Shown: piece by piece, positions 47,626 to 59,500 of the stretch
Position numbering within the stretch: position 1 is the stretch's first letter
Layout: each line of letters begins with the position of its first letter
From: Macrostomum lignano
Taxonomy: Eukaryota
Reading direction: 5' to 3'
DNA length: 64,000 nt
Assembly (NCBI GenBank): GCA_002269645.1
Contig: NIVC01000586.1
Location: 186,001-250,000 of the forward strand
Program-made: the position numbers and the translations under genes
The notes under the pieces: generated by a model
What the model saw: the letters and a program-made list of their open reading frames with translations, nothing else
Databases searched by the model: none
Told to the model about the DNA's origin: nothing

Positions 47626-48991
47626 GAAATTGTCATCAGGTGTTTATGGCTTCACGCGCAGTAACTGATAATTAAAAGCAAACCTTCCCTGTTTCATTCT
47701 CACCTGCAAATATCTGGTAAATGGAAAGTGTGAGGCTTCTGTTATCGCTAATTGTACCTACCTCATATAGTCAAAGCTTCCATTCAGATAATATTAGATT
47801 TTGGCACACCACACGCAGGTAACACTGGCAGGTGGCAGGTCCGGACCCGATCCGATCTTTGTTGCGGCCTCCGCCGCTGCGGCCATCGTCCGTCAGCTGC
47901 TGATGATGCCGAGCCTGCCAGCCGGATTCTGGGGTCACGTGACAGGCTGATGCTGAAAATTGGCTGGTAGAGGCGACGGGCCAGCAGCATGGAACTGAAG
48001 TTTTTCTTGCAGCGAGCCGCAGAATTTAATCGATGCTCAAACCGCACTACTGTCTTAAGTAGAGTAGCCAGCTTCCTCTTAAAAAAATTTTCTTCTATAA
48101 AACAAAAATCCGGTATGTATCGAAAAGATAGTAAGCCTGTCTTTTCAAAAAATGCTTAAATTTTTTACCGCTATTTCTGTGCAGTCCATTTTCTGAAATC
48201 TGAAATAAAGCCCAACTATATCAGATATTTACAGTGCTCTGTGTACTTTAAGTGTTCTTTGGCTATCAACGTTGCAAAAATAAAGCTTATCCAGAGCTAT
48301 TATTTACTAAAAATGTTAATCTTTTATAAAATAAATACGCAGCTTTTCAGATTTTATAGTTAAAAAGGCACACAGACAGACAGAAAAACAGTCAGTCAGA
48401 AAGAGAGACACTGGGACATTAAAAGACTGGGGGCATTAAGAGACTGGAGCATCAAGACACAGAGACATTAAGACACTGAGACATTTAAGACACTGATACA
48501 TTTAGACACTAGGAAATTTAAGACAATGAGACATTTAAGACAATGGGACATTAATTAGACACTGGGACATTAAGACACTGGGACATTAAGACACTGGGAC
48601 ATTAAGACACTGGGAAATAAGGACACTAAGACATAAAGAAACTGGGACATTTAAGACAATGGAACATTTATTAAAAACTGGGACATTTAAGACACTGGGA
48701 CATTTAAGACAATGGGACATTAATTAGACACTGGGACATTTAGGACAATGGAACATTAATTAAAAACTGGGACATTTATGACAATGGGACTTTAGCGACT
48801 CGCAAAATGAAATGGCGCGAGAGAAAGTAAACTTTTATTTTTCACAATCGCATATAAATACTGCGCGACAGAGAGGCATGGGGAGGTGCGCATAGTCCGT
48901 GCCAGACCCTGCGGCTTAGCGCGCCGGCCGTCTGGGTGCACCCACCCCCCGGGCAGGGTGAGTCAGGCCGATTGAGTGCAGGTGCACTGCC

Positions 48992-49777
48992 GGCCAGGCG
49001 GGCCGAGAAGTCCTGGATGTGCGGCACTGGGTAGCGGTCGGGCACCGTGGCGTCGTTGAGCCGCCTGAAGTCGCCGCAGGGCCGCCACCCGCCCGAGGCC
49101 TTGGGCACCATGTGCAGCGGCGAGGACCACGGGCTGTTGGACCGGCGCGCGATGCCGAGCTGCTCCAGGAGCCGGAACTCCTCCTTGGCCACCGCCAGCT
49201 TGTCCGGCGGCAGGCGGCGAGGGCGGGCGTGGACCGGCGGGCCCTGAGTCGGGATGTGGTGCTCGACCCCGTGGCGCGGCTCCGCTCGCTGGAAGCTGGG
49301 CTCGGTGAGGGCGGGGAACTCGGCCAGCAGCTGGCTGTACGGGTCCGCAGCGGCGGCTGCGGCGAGCTGCAGTCCGGGCCCCGTGCCGTCCAGCAGGTGC
49401 ACGCTGGCGAATGAGCGGGCGTCCAGGAGTCGCCGGTGCGGCAGATCCACCAGCAAGCCGTGGTGTCGCAGGAAGTCGGCGCCGATCAGCGGGCGGGAGA
49501 CCTCGGCCAGGATGAACGGCCACGAGCAGCGCCGGATTCCGAGGTCGAGCGTGAGCTGGCGGGTGCCGAAGGTGCGAATGAGGCTGCCGTTGGCTGCAAA
49601 GAGCGGCGGGCCGGGCGTGTGCAGGCGAGCATCCGAGCCATCGACGGGGAAAATGCTGACCTCGGCGCCGGTGTCGACCAGGAAGCGCCGGCCCGTCTGC
49701 ACATCGGGGATGAGGAGCAGGCTGCTGCTGTTGCCGGCCGCCGAGCTGTTCACTGACGGCCGGCCTGCCCGTTTCCC
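48992..49777 (-). pseudogene. pol: Gypsy pol 5' fragment (aspartic protease plus N-terminal RT), reached by a -1 frameshift; truncated
   Basis: [10 protein letters not shown] protease; [25 protein letters not shown] start; slippery heptamer GGGAAAC at 49771-49777; fused directly to LTR sequence at ~48991. Confidence 0.9.
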
Positions 49778-50448
49778 TGGAAGCTGCATGGAGATTCGCA
49801 GCGGCGTGCCTTGGCTCCGAAACGGCGATGGAAGTAGCACAGGCCGTCGTCAGGGTGATGTTGTTGCTGCTTAGACGGCCGACTGCCGCCCCGACGGGTC
49901 GCCGAAACCACCGGCTGGGTGGGCTCCGCTGCCGGCTGCTGGACGGAGGCCGCGGCGAGCTGCGGCCGGCTGGCCCACAGCTTGTCGGCGAGCTGCGCTG
50001 CTTCCCGCGGGTCGCTGAAGTCGGCGGTCGCCATTGCCATTCTGACCTCAGCGGGCAGCTGCTGGCGGAACAACTCTTCGAAGAGCAGGCAGGGCCGGTG
50101 GTCGCCAAGCAGGGCGAGCATCTCGTCCATCAACTCCGTGGGACGCCTGTCGCCGAGGCCGGACATGTTGAGCAGGCGGCTGGCCCGCTGTTGTCGGGAC
50201 AGCTCGAAGGTGCCGAGCAGTCGCTCCTTCAGCCTCTTGTACTTTTCTTCCCTCGGCGGATTCTCCAGCGCGTCGATGAGCCGCTCGGCGGTCTGCTGAT
50301 CGAGCGCCGCGATGACGTGGCTGTACTTCGTGTCGTCATCGGAGATCTTCCGCAGAGCGAATTGAGCTTCGGCCTGAACAAACCAAATACGAGGTTGAGA
50401 TGCCCAAAACGTGGGCAGTTTGAGTGCAACGGCTGACTCCGTAGTCAT
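49750..50448 (-). CDS. gag: Gypsy gag (capsid-like)
   Basis: [21 protein letters not shown]...[11 protein letters not shown]...[16 protein letters not shown], with a C-terminal CYFH..FG..AR.C..PC zinc-knuckle-like motif. Confidence 0.9.
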   Translation of the reverse strand: MTTESAVALKLPTFWASQPRIWFVQAEAQFALRKISDDDTKYSHVIAALDQQTAERLIDALENPPREEKYKRLKERLLGTFELSRQQRASRLLNMSGLGDRRPTELMDEMLALLGDHRPCLLFEELFRQQLPAEVRMAMATADFSDPREAAQLADKLWASRPQLAAASVQQPAAEPTQPVVSATRRGGSRPSKQQQHHPDDGLCYFHRRFGAKARRCESPCSFQGNGQAGRQ

Positions 50449-51859
50449 TCCTCAGCTACGGCTGGGGTTGTCGGGCTCACCAATTTAGCGACTCGCAAAA
50501 TGAAATGGCGCGAGAGAAAGTAAACTTTTATTTTTCACAATCGCATATAAATACTGCGCGACAGAGAGGCATGGGGAGGTGCGCATAGTCCGTGCCAGAC
50601 CCTGCGGCTTAGCGCGCCGGCCGTCTGGGTGCACCCACCCCCCGGGCAGGGTGAGTCAGGCCGATTGAGTGCAGGTGCACTGCCCGCGCCTACAGCGGGC
50701 TGGTCTGGCCGCCACAGGACAGTAATTAGACACTGAGAATTAAGACCCTGGGACATAAGGACACTGGGACATTAAGACACTGGGACATTAAGACACTGGG
50801 AGATTTAAGACACTGGGACTTTAAGACACTGAGAGATTTAGGACACTGGGGCATTTAAGACAATGGGGCATTTAAGACAATGGGGCATTTAAGACAATGG
50901 GGCATTTAAGACAATGGGGCATTTAAGACAATGGGCATTTAAGACAATGGGGCATTTAAGACAATGGGGCATTTAAGACAATGGGGCATTTAAGACAATG
51001 GGGCATTTAAGACAATGGGGCATTTAAGACAATGGGGCATTTAAGACAATGGGGCATTTAAGACAATGGGGCATTTAAGACAATGGGGTATTTAAGACAA
51101 TGGGGCATTTAAGACAATGGGGCATTTAAGACAATGGGGCATTTAAGACACTGGGCCGCGTGTCTAATTAATGTCTGAAGTGTCTTAATGTTTCTGTGTC
51201 TTAATTCCTCCGTGTCTAATTAACACGACATGAAGACACTGGGACATTTAAGACAATGGAACATTAATTAAAAACTGGGACATTTAAGACAATGGGACAG
51301 TAATTAGACACTGAGAATTAAGACCCTGGGACATAAGGACACTGGGACATTAAGACACTGGGAGATTTAAGACACTGGGACTTTAAGACACTGAGAGATT
51401 TAGGACACTGGGGCATTTAAGACAATGGGGCATTTAAGACAATGGGGCATTTAAGACAATGGGGCATTTATGACAATGGGGCATTTAAGACAATGGGACA
51501 TTTAAGACACTGGGCCGCGTGTCTAATTAATGTCCCAGTGTCTTAATGTTTCTGTGTCTTAATTTCTCCGTGTCTAATTAACACGACATGAAGACACTGG
51601 GACATTTAGGACAATAGATCATTGAGACATTCAGATATAAAGATATTAACACACTGGGACATCAAGACGATCAAGATGAGGTTTTTACTGAAAGCATAAA
51701 AGGAAACGGTATATTAGAAACAACTGTAATCGAATAATTAAATCTCTCTTCAGAGTCATCGCGAATTCGTCTACTTACAGTAGAAAACAAAGAAAATAAA
51801 CGCCTAAATCTACACTGCAAGCTTTAGCTTAATAATCCGCTGCAAAAAGTAAAAAACTT

Positions 51860-52342
51860 CTATTTAAGGACGATTTCATAGACTGAGTTCACCCCCTCGC
51901 CGCCGCAGATCTCCTCGGCGTAGCCGCGGCAGTTCTGGTCACAGCTGGACTCGTCCACAGAGCCGTACCTGCCGTAGGAATCGCCGCAGAAGCAGCTGCC
52001 GCCGCCCTGCAGACCAAAGTACCGGTTGCCCGAGCCGCGGCACAGGGTGTCGCACAACTTCCGGTTGACCCGACCGGTGCCCAGGCCGTCACCGCCAGCC
52101 AGCCGTTCGAGATCCGGGCTGCCCTCTTTGTCCTGGTAGCAGCCGATGTAGCGCGGCTTCAGCGCCTCGGGGCTCGCTGACAATTTTTGGGGAGTCAGGG
52201 GTCAGGGACAGCCTCCGGGTTTGGAGCTTCAGATGCTCAGATTCGGACAGACAGACAGACAGACAGACAGGCAGACAGGCAGACAGACAGACAGACAGAC
52301 AGACACACAGACAGAGACAGGCAGACAGACAGACAGACAGGC

Positions 52343-52387
<45 letters not shown>

Positions 52388-52390
52388 CAC

Positions 52391-52427
<37 letters not shown>

Positions 52428-52731
52428 GACAGGCAGACAGACAGACAGGCAGACAGACAGGCAGGCAAACAGACAGACAGGCGGGCACAGACAGACAGGC
52501 AGACAGACACACAAACAGACAGGCAGAAAGGCAGGCAGACAGACAGGCAGACAGACAGACAGACACAGACAGGCAGACAGGTAGGTAGGTAGGCAGGCAC
52601 TGTAGGCTAGACAGACAGGCAACTGCATGCACGGCAGACTTACATTTGCATGCGGCGATTTCTGAGCAGGAGCAGCAGAAGCAGACCAGTAAAAGGATAA
52701 GATTTCCGGATGCGGGCTTCATTGTGTTCAC
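51860..52731 (-). CDS. Small secreted single-WSC-domain protein
   Basis: Exon 52644-52731 (signal-peptide-like) and exon 51860-52176 (YIGCYQD...C..LC....YFGLQGG..CFCG......C...C.G...E.CGG...NSVY); phase 1 join. Confidence 0.85.
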
Positions 52732-52959
52732 AAGCGGGACAGGGTGGTGTCTAACCAGTCTGGGCTGCCGGAACAGCCGCTGTTGTCAAGCCATGCAAGG
52801 TATGCTGCGCTGTGTGGCATGAGGAAGCTGCCTTCACAGACGGACCATAGACTGGCGAGCCGCAGCTAAAAATAGCCCAGCGTACGCCAGCACGTGAGCA
52901 GACGCTGGGCCTAAGCTAGATTTTGATTGATGATAAAGTTGGTGTCGGTGTCAGCTGAG

Positions 52960-54545
52960 GCGCCACATCTGGTGTCAGCTAGGGCGCCAAATTTTGAGTT
53001 AGTGTCAGCTAGGGCGCCACTTTAGTGTCAGCTAGGGCACCATGTTTAGAGTCAGCTAAGAAACCTCATTTAGTGTCAACTAGGGCGCCATGACTCGGTG
53101 TCAACTAGGGCGCCATGACTCGGTGTCAACTAGGGCGCCATGACTCGGTGTCAACTAGGGCGCCATGATTCGGTGTCAACTAGGGCGCCATGACTCGGTG
53201 TCAACTAGGGCGCCATGACTCGGTGTCAACTAGGGCGCCATGACTCGGTGTCAACTAGGGCGCCATGACTCGGTGTCAACTAGGGTGCTAAATTTAGAGT
53301 CAGAGTTAGCTAGAGCGCCACATTTAGTGTCAGCCAGGGCACCACATTTATTGTCAGCCAGGGCGCCACATTTAGTGTCAGCTAGGGCGCCACATTTAGT
53401 GTCAGCTAGGGCACCACATTTAGTGTCAGCTAGGGCGCCACATTTAGTGTCAGCTAGGGCGCCACATTTAGTGTCAGCTAGGGCACCACATTTAGTGTCA
53501 GCTAGGGCACCACATTTAGTGTCAGCTAGGGCACCACATTTAGTGTCAGCTAGGGCGCCACATTTAGTGTCAGCTAGGGCACCACATTTAGTGTCAGCTA
53601 GGGCACCACATTTAGTGTCAGCTAGGGCGCCACATTTAGTGTCAGCTAGGGCGCCACATTTAGTGTCGGCTAGGGCGCCACATTTAGTGTCAGCTAGGGC
53701 ACCACATTTAGTGTCAGCTAGGGCACCACATTTAGTGTCAGCTAGGGCGCCACATTTAGTGTCAGCTAGGGCACCACATTTAGTGTCAGCTAGGGCGCCA
53801 CATTCAGTATCACCTAGGGTGCCATATTAAGTGTGAGCCAGAAAACCACATTTAGTGTCAGCTAGGGCGCCACATTTAGTGTCAGCTAGGGCACCACATT
53901 TAGTGTCAGCTAGGGCACCACATTTAGTGTCAGCTAGGGCACCACATTTAGTGTCAGCTAGGGCACCACATTTAGTGTCAGCTAGGGCACCACATTTAGT
54001 GTCAGCTAGGGCACCACATTTAGTGTCAGCTAGGGCGCCACATTTAGTGTCAGCTAGGGCGCCACATTTAGTGTCAGCTAGGGCACCACATTTAGTGTCA
54101 GCTAGGGCACCACATTTAGTGTCAGCTAGGGCGCCACATTTAGTGTCAGCTAGGGCGCCACATTTAGTGTCAGCTAGGGCACCACATTTAGTGTCAGCTA
54201 GGGCGCCACATTTAGTGTCAGCTAGGGCGCCACATTTAGTGTCAGCTAGGGCGCCACATTCAGTATCACCTAGGGTGCCATATTAAGTGTGAGCCAGAAA
54301 ACCACATTTAGTGTCAGCTAGGGCGCCACATTTAGTGTCAGCTAGGGCGCCACATTTAGTGTCAGCTAGGGCGCCACATTTAGTGTCAGCTAGGGCGCCA
54401 CATTTAGTGTCAGCTAGGGCGCCACATTCAGTATCACCTAGGGTGCCATATTAAGTGTGAGCCAGAAAACCACATTTAGTGTCAGCTAGGGCGCCACATT
54501 TAGTGTCAGCTAGGGCGCCACATTTAGTGTCAGCTAGGGCGCCAA
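52960..54545. repeat. 24-25-bp minisatellite arrays
   Basis: gtgtcagctagggcgccacattta and gtcaactagggcgccatgactcggt. Confidence 0.96.
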
Positions 54546-55294
54546 AAGGGCGCACCTAAATTCCATGCCAATAAAGAGTTGAAAGTCGGCACCATCAAAA
54601 AGGTTTAATTACTCTTATTAAAAGCCAGTGAGCGGCAAGCAGTCTGCGGACACTCCAGTCTGATGCAGAGATTTTATTTACAATCGTGAGCACCTGTCAA
54701 AGTGCAAAGGCGCTGCAGATGCGAATACAGGCAATTAAAAAAACACACGGGCTTCAATTACAAAAGTAGATTAGTAATGCAGCAGCGAAGCCCGCCGCTC
54801 TGCAGCTTCTATTGCTCAATAAAGTACAATAAAAATGTTCGCATTAATCCATATTGTACAATCGCCGAATACTACTCTCAGTAGCTAATCAATGCCTGCA
54901 ACCAGTTAAAAAAATTTGCCTCGTTGATCAGGTCGGGTCAATAAATAAAAAACACGCACAAATTTTACAAGCTGGAAAATGCACGGAGAAGCACATTGTG
55001 TGTGTGTGTGAGACGCGAGTTAAAATTGATTGTACAGCCACAGGCACACAGGCGCATGCACACTAGTGTAGGATTATAGCACCTTATAGCTAGCTATACT
55101 GAGATCTCCGAGACCGGAAAAACAGGATTATTATCAAATAAAATAGCAATCAATAAACACGATGGGCTGAACTGGATTGGCATCGGATAAAATTTTGGCC
55201 AGTTCCTATGCGGTAAAATTGAATGTTTTACTGCCCTTCACAGCTTCCCGAGTGAACAGGAAGTCACTTACAGATTCAGGAATGAGTAAGATTT

Positions 55295-56410
55295 GACTGA
55301 AGGCTTCCGGAGTGAATTAGGAGTCACTATCAGGTTCCGGAGTGAATTAGGAGTGCCTATCAGGTTCCGGAGTGAATTAGGAGTCACTATCAGGTTCCGG
55401 AGTGAATTAGGAGTCACTATCAGGTTCCGGAGTGAATTAGGGGTCACTATCAGGTTCCGGAGTGAATTAGGAGTCACTATCAGGTTCCGGAGTGAATTAG
55501 GAGTGCCTATCAGGTTCCGGAGTGAATTAGGAGTCACTATCAGGTTCCGGAGTGAATTAGGAGTCACTATCAGGTTCCGGAGTGAATTAGGAGTCACTAT
55601 CAGGTTCCGGAGTGAATTATGAGCCACTATCAGGTTTTGGAGTGAATTGGGAGTCACTATCAGGTTCCGGAGTGAATTAGGAGTCACTATCAGGTTCCGG
55701 AGTGAATTAGGAGTCACTATCAGGTTCCGGAGTGAATTAGGAGTCACTATCAGGTTCCGGAGTGAATTAGGAGTCACTATCAGGTTCCGGAGTGAATTAG
55801 GAGTCACTATCAGGTTCCGGAGTGAATTAGGAGTCACTATCAGGTTCCGGAGTGAATTAGGAGTCACTATCAGGTTCCGGAGTGAATTAGGAGTCACTAT
55901 CAGGTTCCGGAGTGAATTAGGAGTCACTATCAGGTTCCGGAGTGAATTAGGAGTCACTATCAGGTTCCGGAGTGAATTAGGAGTCACTATCAGGTTCCGG
56001 AGTGAATTAGGAGTGCCTATCAGGTTCCGGAGTGAATTAGGAGTCACTATCAGGTTCCGGAGTGAATTAGGAGTCACTATCAGGTTCCGGAGTGAATTAG
56101 GAGTCACTATCAGGTTCCGGAGTGAATTAGGAGTCACTATCAGGTTCCGGAGTGAATTAGGAGTCACTATCAGGTTCCGGAGTGAATTATGAGCCACTAT
56201 CAGGTTCCGGAGTGAATCGGGAGTCACTATCAGGTTCCGGAGTGAATTATGAGCCACTATCAGGTTCCGGAGTGAATCGGGAGTCACTATCAGGTTCCGG
56301 AGTGAATTGGGAGTGACTATCAGGTTCCGGAGTGAATTAGGAGTCACTATCAGGTTCCGGAGTGAATTATGAGCCACTATCAGGTTCCGGAGTGAATCGG
56401 GAGTGACTGA
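55295..56410. repeat. 30-bp minisatellite downstream of the PTEN stop codon
   Basis: caggttccggagtgaattaggagtcactat, highly homogeneous. Confidence 0.97.
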
Positions 56411-56508
56411 AAGAGACAGTTCACAATTGAAAAGGCAGTCTGATTAGACAGCAAAACAGGAAGCAGGCAACCAGCCGCTATTTGGCGAGCACCCAGACGT
56501 CCTCCGGG

Positions 56509-59500
56509 CTACAGCGCTGTCGTGACAATCTCTGCCGTCTCCTCCTCCGGCACCGACTGGTGGAGCGCAGCTGCTGGCACCGGGGAGGGGGAGTTGGAGG
56601 CCCGGCAGTGATGTCGGTGGCCGTGCCGATGCCGCTGCTGTTGGGGTCGGGGTGCCGAGGCGGTAACTGTCGCGGCGGGAGAGCCGTTCACCCGTGCGGG
56701 CGCGGGAGAGTCGCCGAAGGAGGCGGAAGGTGCGGCGGCCGGCACGTAGGGGAACTCGCAGCAGTCGGAGTCGTCCGTGATGGACGAGCAGGACGAGGAC
56801 GAGGAGGCCGAAGATGCAACGGAGGCGGTGGCGACCGCCCCGGAGACGCCGTCGACAAATTCGATGCAAGTCGGCAGCGCAGAGTACACGGTGATCTGCG
56901 ATAAGCAGGGGTGGGCGGGGCTGGTATTAGATGATTAGCACACACGGATTAGATGATTAGCACACACTGATTAGATGATTAGCACACACTGATTATATGA
57001 TTAGCACACTGATTAGATGATTAGCACACACGGATTAGATGATTAGCACACACGGATTAGATGATTAGCACACTGATTAGATGATTAGCACACACTGATT
57101 AGGTGATTAGCACACTGATTAGATTATTAGCACACACTGATTAGATGATTAGCACACTGATTAGATGATTAGCACACACTGATTAGATGATTAGCACACT
57201 GATTAGATGATTAGCACACACTGATTCGATGGTTAGCATACTGATTTGATGATTAGCAAACTGCTTAGATGATTAGCATACTGATTAGATGATTAGCACA
57301 CACTGATTAGATGATTAGCACACTGATTAGATGATTAGCACACACTGATTAGATTATTAGCACACTGATTAGATGATTAGCACACACTGATTAGATGATT
57401 AGCACACTGATTAGATGATTAGCACACACTGATTAGATGATTAGCACACTGATTAGATGATTAGCACACACTGATTAGATGATTAGCACACACTGATTAG
57501 ATAATTTGAACACACTGATTAGATTATTAGCACACACTGATTAGATGATTAGCACACTGATTAGATGATTAGCACACACTAATTAGATGATTAGCACACA
57601 CTGATTAGATAATTAAAACACACTGATTAGATAATTTGAACACACTGATTAGATGATTAGCACACACTGATTAGATGATTAGCACACTGATTAGATGATT
57701 AGCACACACTGATTAGATGATTAGCACACTGATTAGATGATTAGCACACACTGATTGGATGATTAGCACACACTGATTAGATGATTAGCACACTGATTAG
57801 ATGATTAGCACACACTGATTAGGTGATTAGCACACTGATTAGATTATTAGCACACACTGATTAGATGATTAGCACACTGATTAGATGATTAGCACACACT
57901 GATTAGATGATTAGCACACTGATTAGATGATTAGCACACACTGATTCGATGGTTAGCATACTGATTTGATGATTAGCAAACTGCTTAGATGATTAGCACA
58001 CTGATTAGATGATTAGCACACACTGATTCGATGGTTAGCATACTGATTTGATGATTAGCAAACTGCTTAGATGATTAGCATACTGATTAGATGATTAGCA
58101 CACACTGATTAGATGATTAGCACACTGATTAGATGATTAGCACACACTGATTAGATTATTAGCACACTGATTAGATGATTAGCACACACTGATTAGATGA
58201 TTAGCACACTGATTAGATGATTAGCACACACTGATTAGATGATTAGCACACACTGATTAGATAATTTGAACACACTGATTAGATGATTAGCACACACTGA
58301 TTAGATGATTAGCACACTGATTAGATGATTAGCACACACTAATTAGATGATTAGCACACACTGATTAGATAATTAAAACACACTGATTAGATAATTTGAA
58401 CACACTGATTAGATGATTAGCACACACTGATTAGATGATTAGCACACTGATTAGATGATTAGCACACACTGATTATATGATTAGCACACTGATTAGATGA
58501 TTAGCACACACGGATTAGATGATTAGCACACACGGATTAGATGATTAGCACACTGATTAGATGATTAGCACATGGATCAGAGATTATGATAGATACATTT
58601 AGAATCGATCAGAGAGCTCACAGCGAACCCCTCGGGAAACACCCGGTGCTGAGTGTCCTTGCACGCCCTGTCAAGCTCTCCTTTCGTCAGCGTGACGCAC
58701 AGGCCGGCCCGGTCCGGACACCTGAGGGCTCCGGGCGTGTCCGGCGGCTGGTTGACAACAAAGAAAGTGTTGAGCCAGCAGTGGAACAGCTTGTCCAGCC
58801 TGGCCAGCAGCTTGCCTCGGTTGTAGAATACGAGTTTAAAGTCGCCGCAGACTGGGATGGGCGCTGGCGGCCGGATGCAGAACCCCAGGCTGGACTGGGC
58901 GCGCCGGGGCTCCCCGCACTCCGCCTCGCCAATTGTGACGTACTTGCTCTTGCCGTCCTGCTCGGGGGGGGGGGCTTACTGAGTGAGTTGGCTGGGCTGG
59001 AGCAGGTCAGGCTTAAAACGAGTTAGGTGACAAATGCCTTAATAGGTCAGACACAAAGACACTGACGCAGGTCAGACACTGATGCAGGTCAGACAGACAC
59101 TGATGCAGGTCAGACAGACACTGATGCAGGTCAGACAGACACTGATGCAGGTCAGACAGACACTGATGCAGGTCAGACAGACACTGATGCAGGTCAGACA
59201 GACACTGATGCAGGTCAGACAGACACTGATGCAGGTCAGACAGACACTGATGCAGGTCAGACAGACACTGATGCAGGTCAGACAGACACTGATGCAGGTC
59301 AGACAGACACTGATGCAGGTCAGACAGACACTGATGCAGGTCAGACAGACACTGATGCAGGTCAGACAGACACTGATGCAGGTCAGACAGACACTGATGC
59401 AGGTCAGACAGACACTGATGCAGGTCAGACAGACACTGATCCAGGTCAGACAGACACTGATAAGCCAAGAACAAATCATTAAACGGGGCAGGAAGCACGG

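Larger units (their letters stand above)
48791..50716 (-). mobile_element. Ty3/gypsy LTR retrotransposon, internally deleted, inserted in a 17-bp satellite
   Basis: 5' LTR 50484-50716; partial 3' LTR 48791-48991 (appears identical over ~200 bp); PBS-like TGGTGAGCCCGA at 50471-50482; 4-bp TSD GGAC; gag and a truncated pol. Confidence 0.93.
48400..51660. repeat. ~17-bp satellite (ggacatttaagacactg) interrupted by the gypsy element
   Basis: Blocks at 48400-48790 and 50717-51660, with an internal block duplication. Confidence 0.92.

Noticed and set aside
48963-50436. Additional long ORFs overlapping gag-pol on both strands
   Set aside because: Shadow frames of GC-rich retroelement coding sequence.
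52089-56377. ORFs such as (VCLS)n, (SARAPHLV)n and (NLIVTPNSLR)n
   Set aside because: Microsatellite and minisatellite translations.
58860-58960. Suspected frameshift at the start of the PTEN C2 exon
   Set aside because: On re-reading, [31 protein letters not shown] is in frame with the phase-0 acceptor at 58957.
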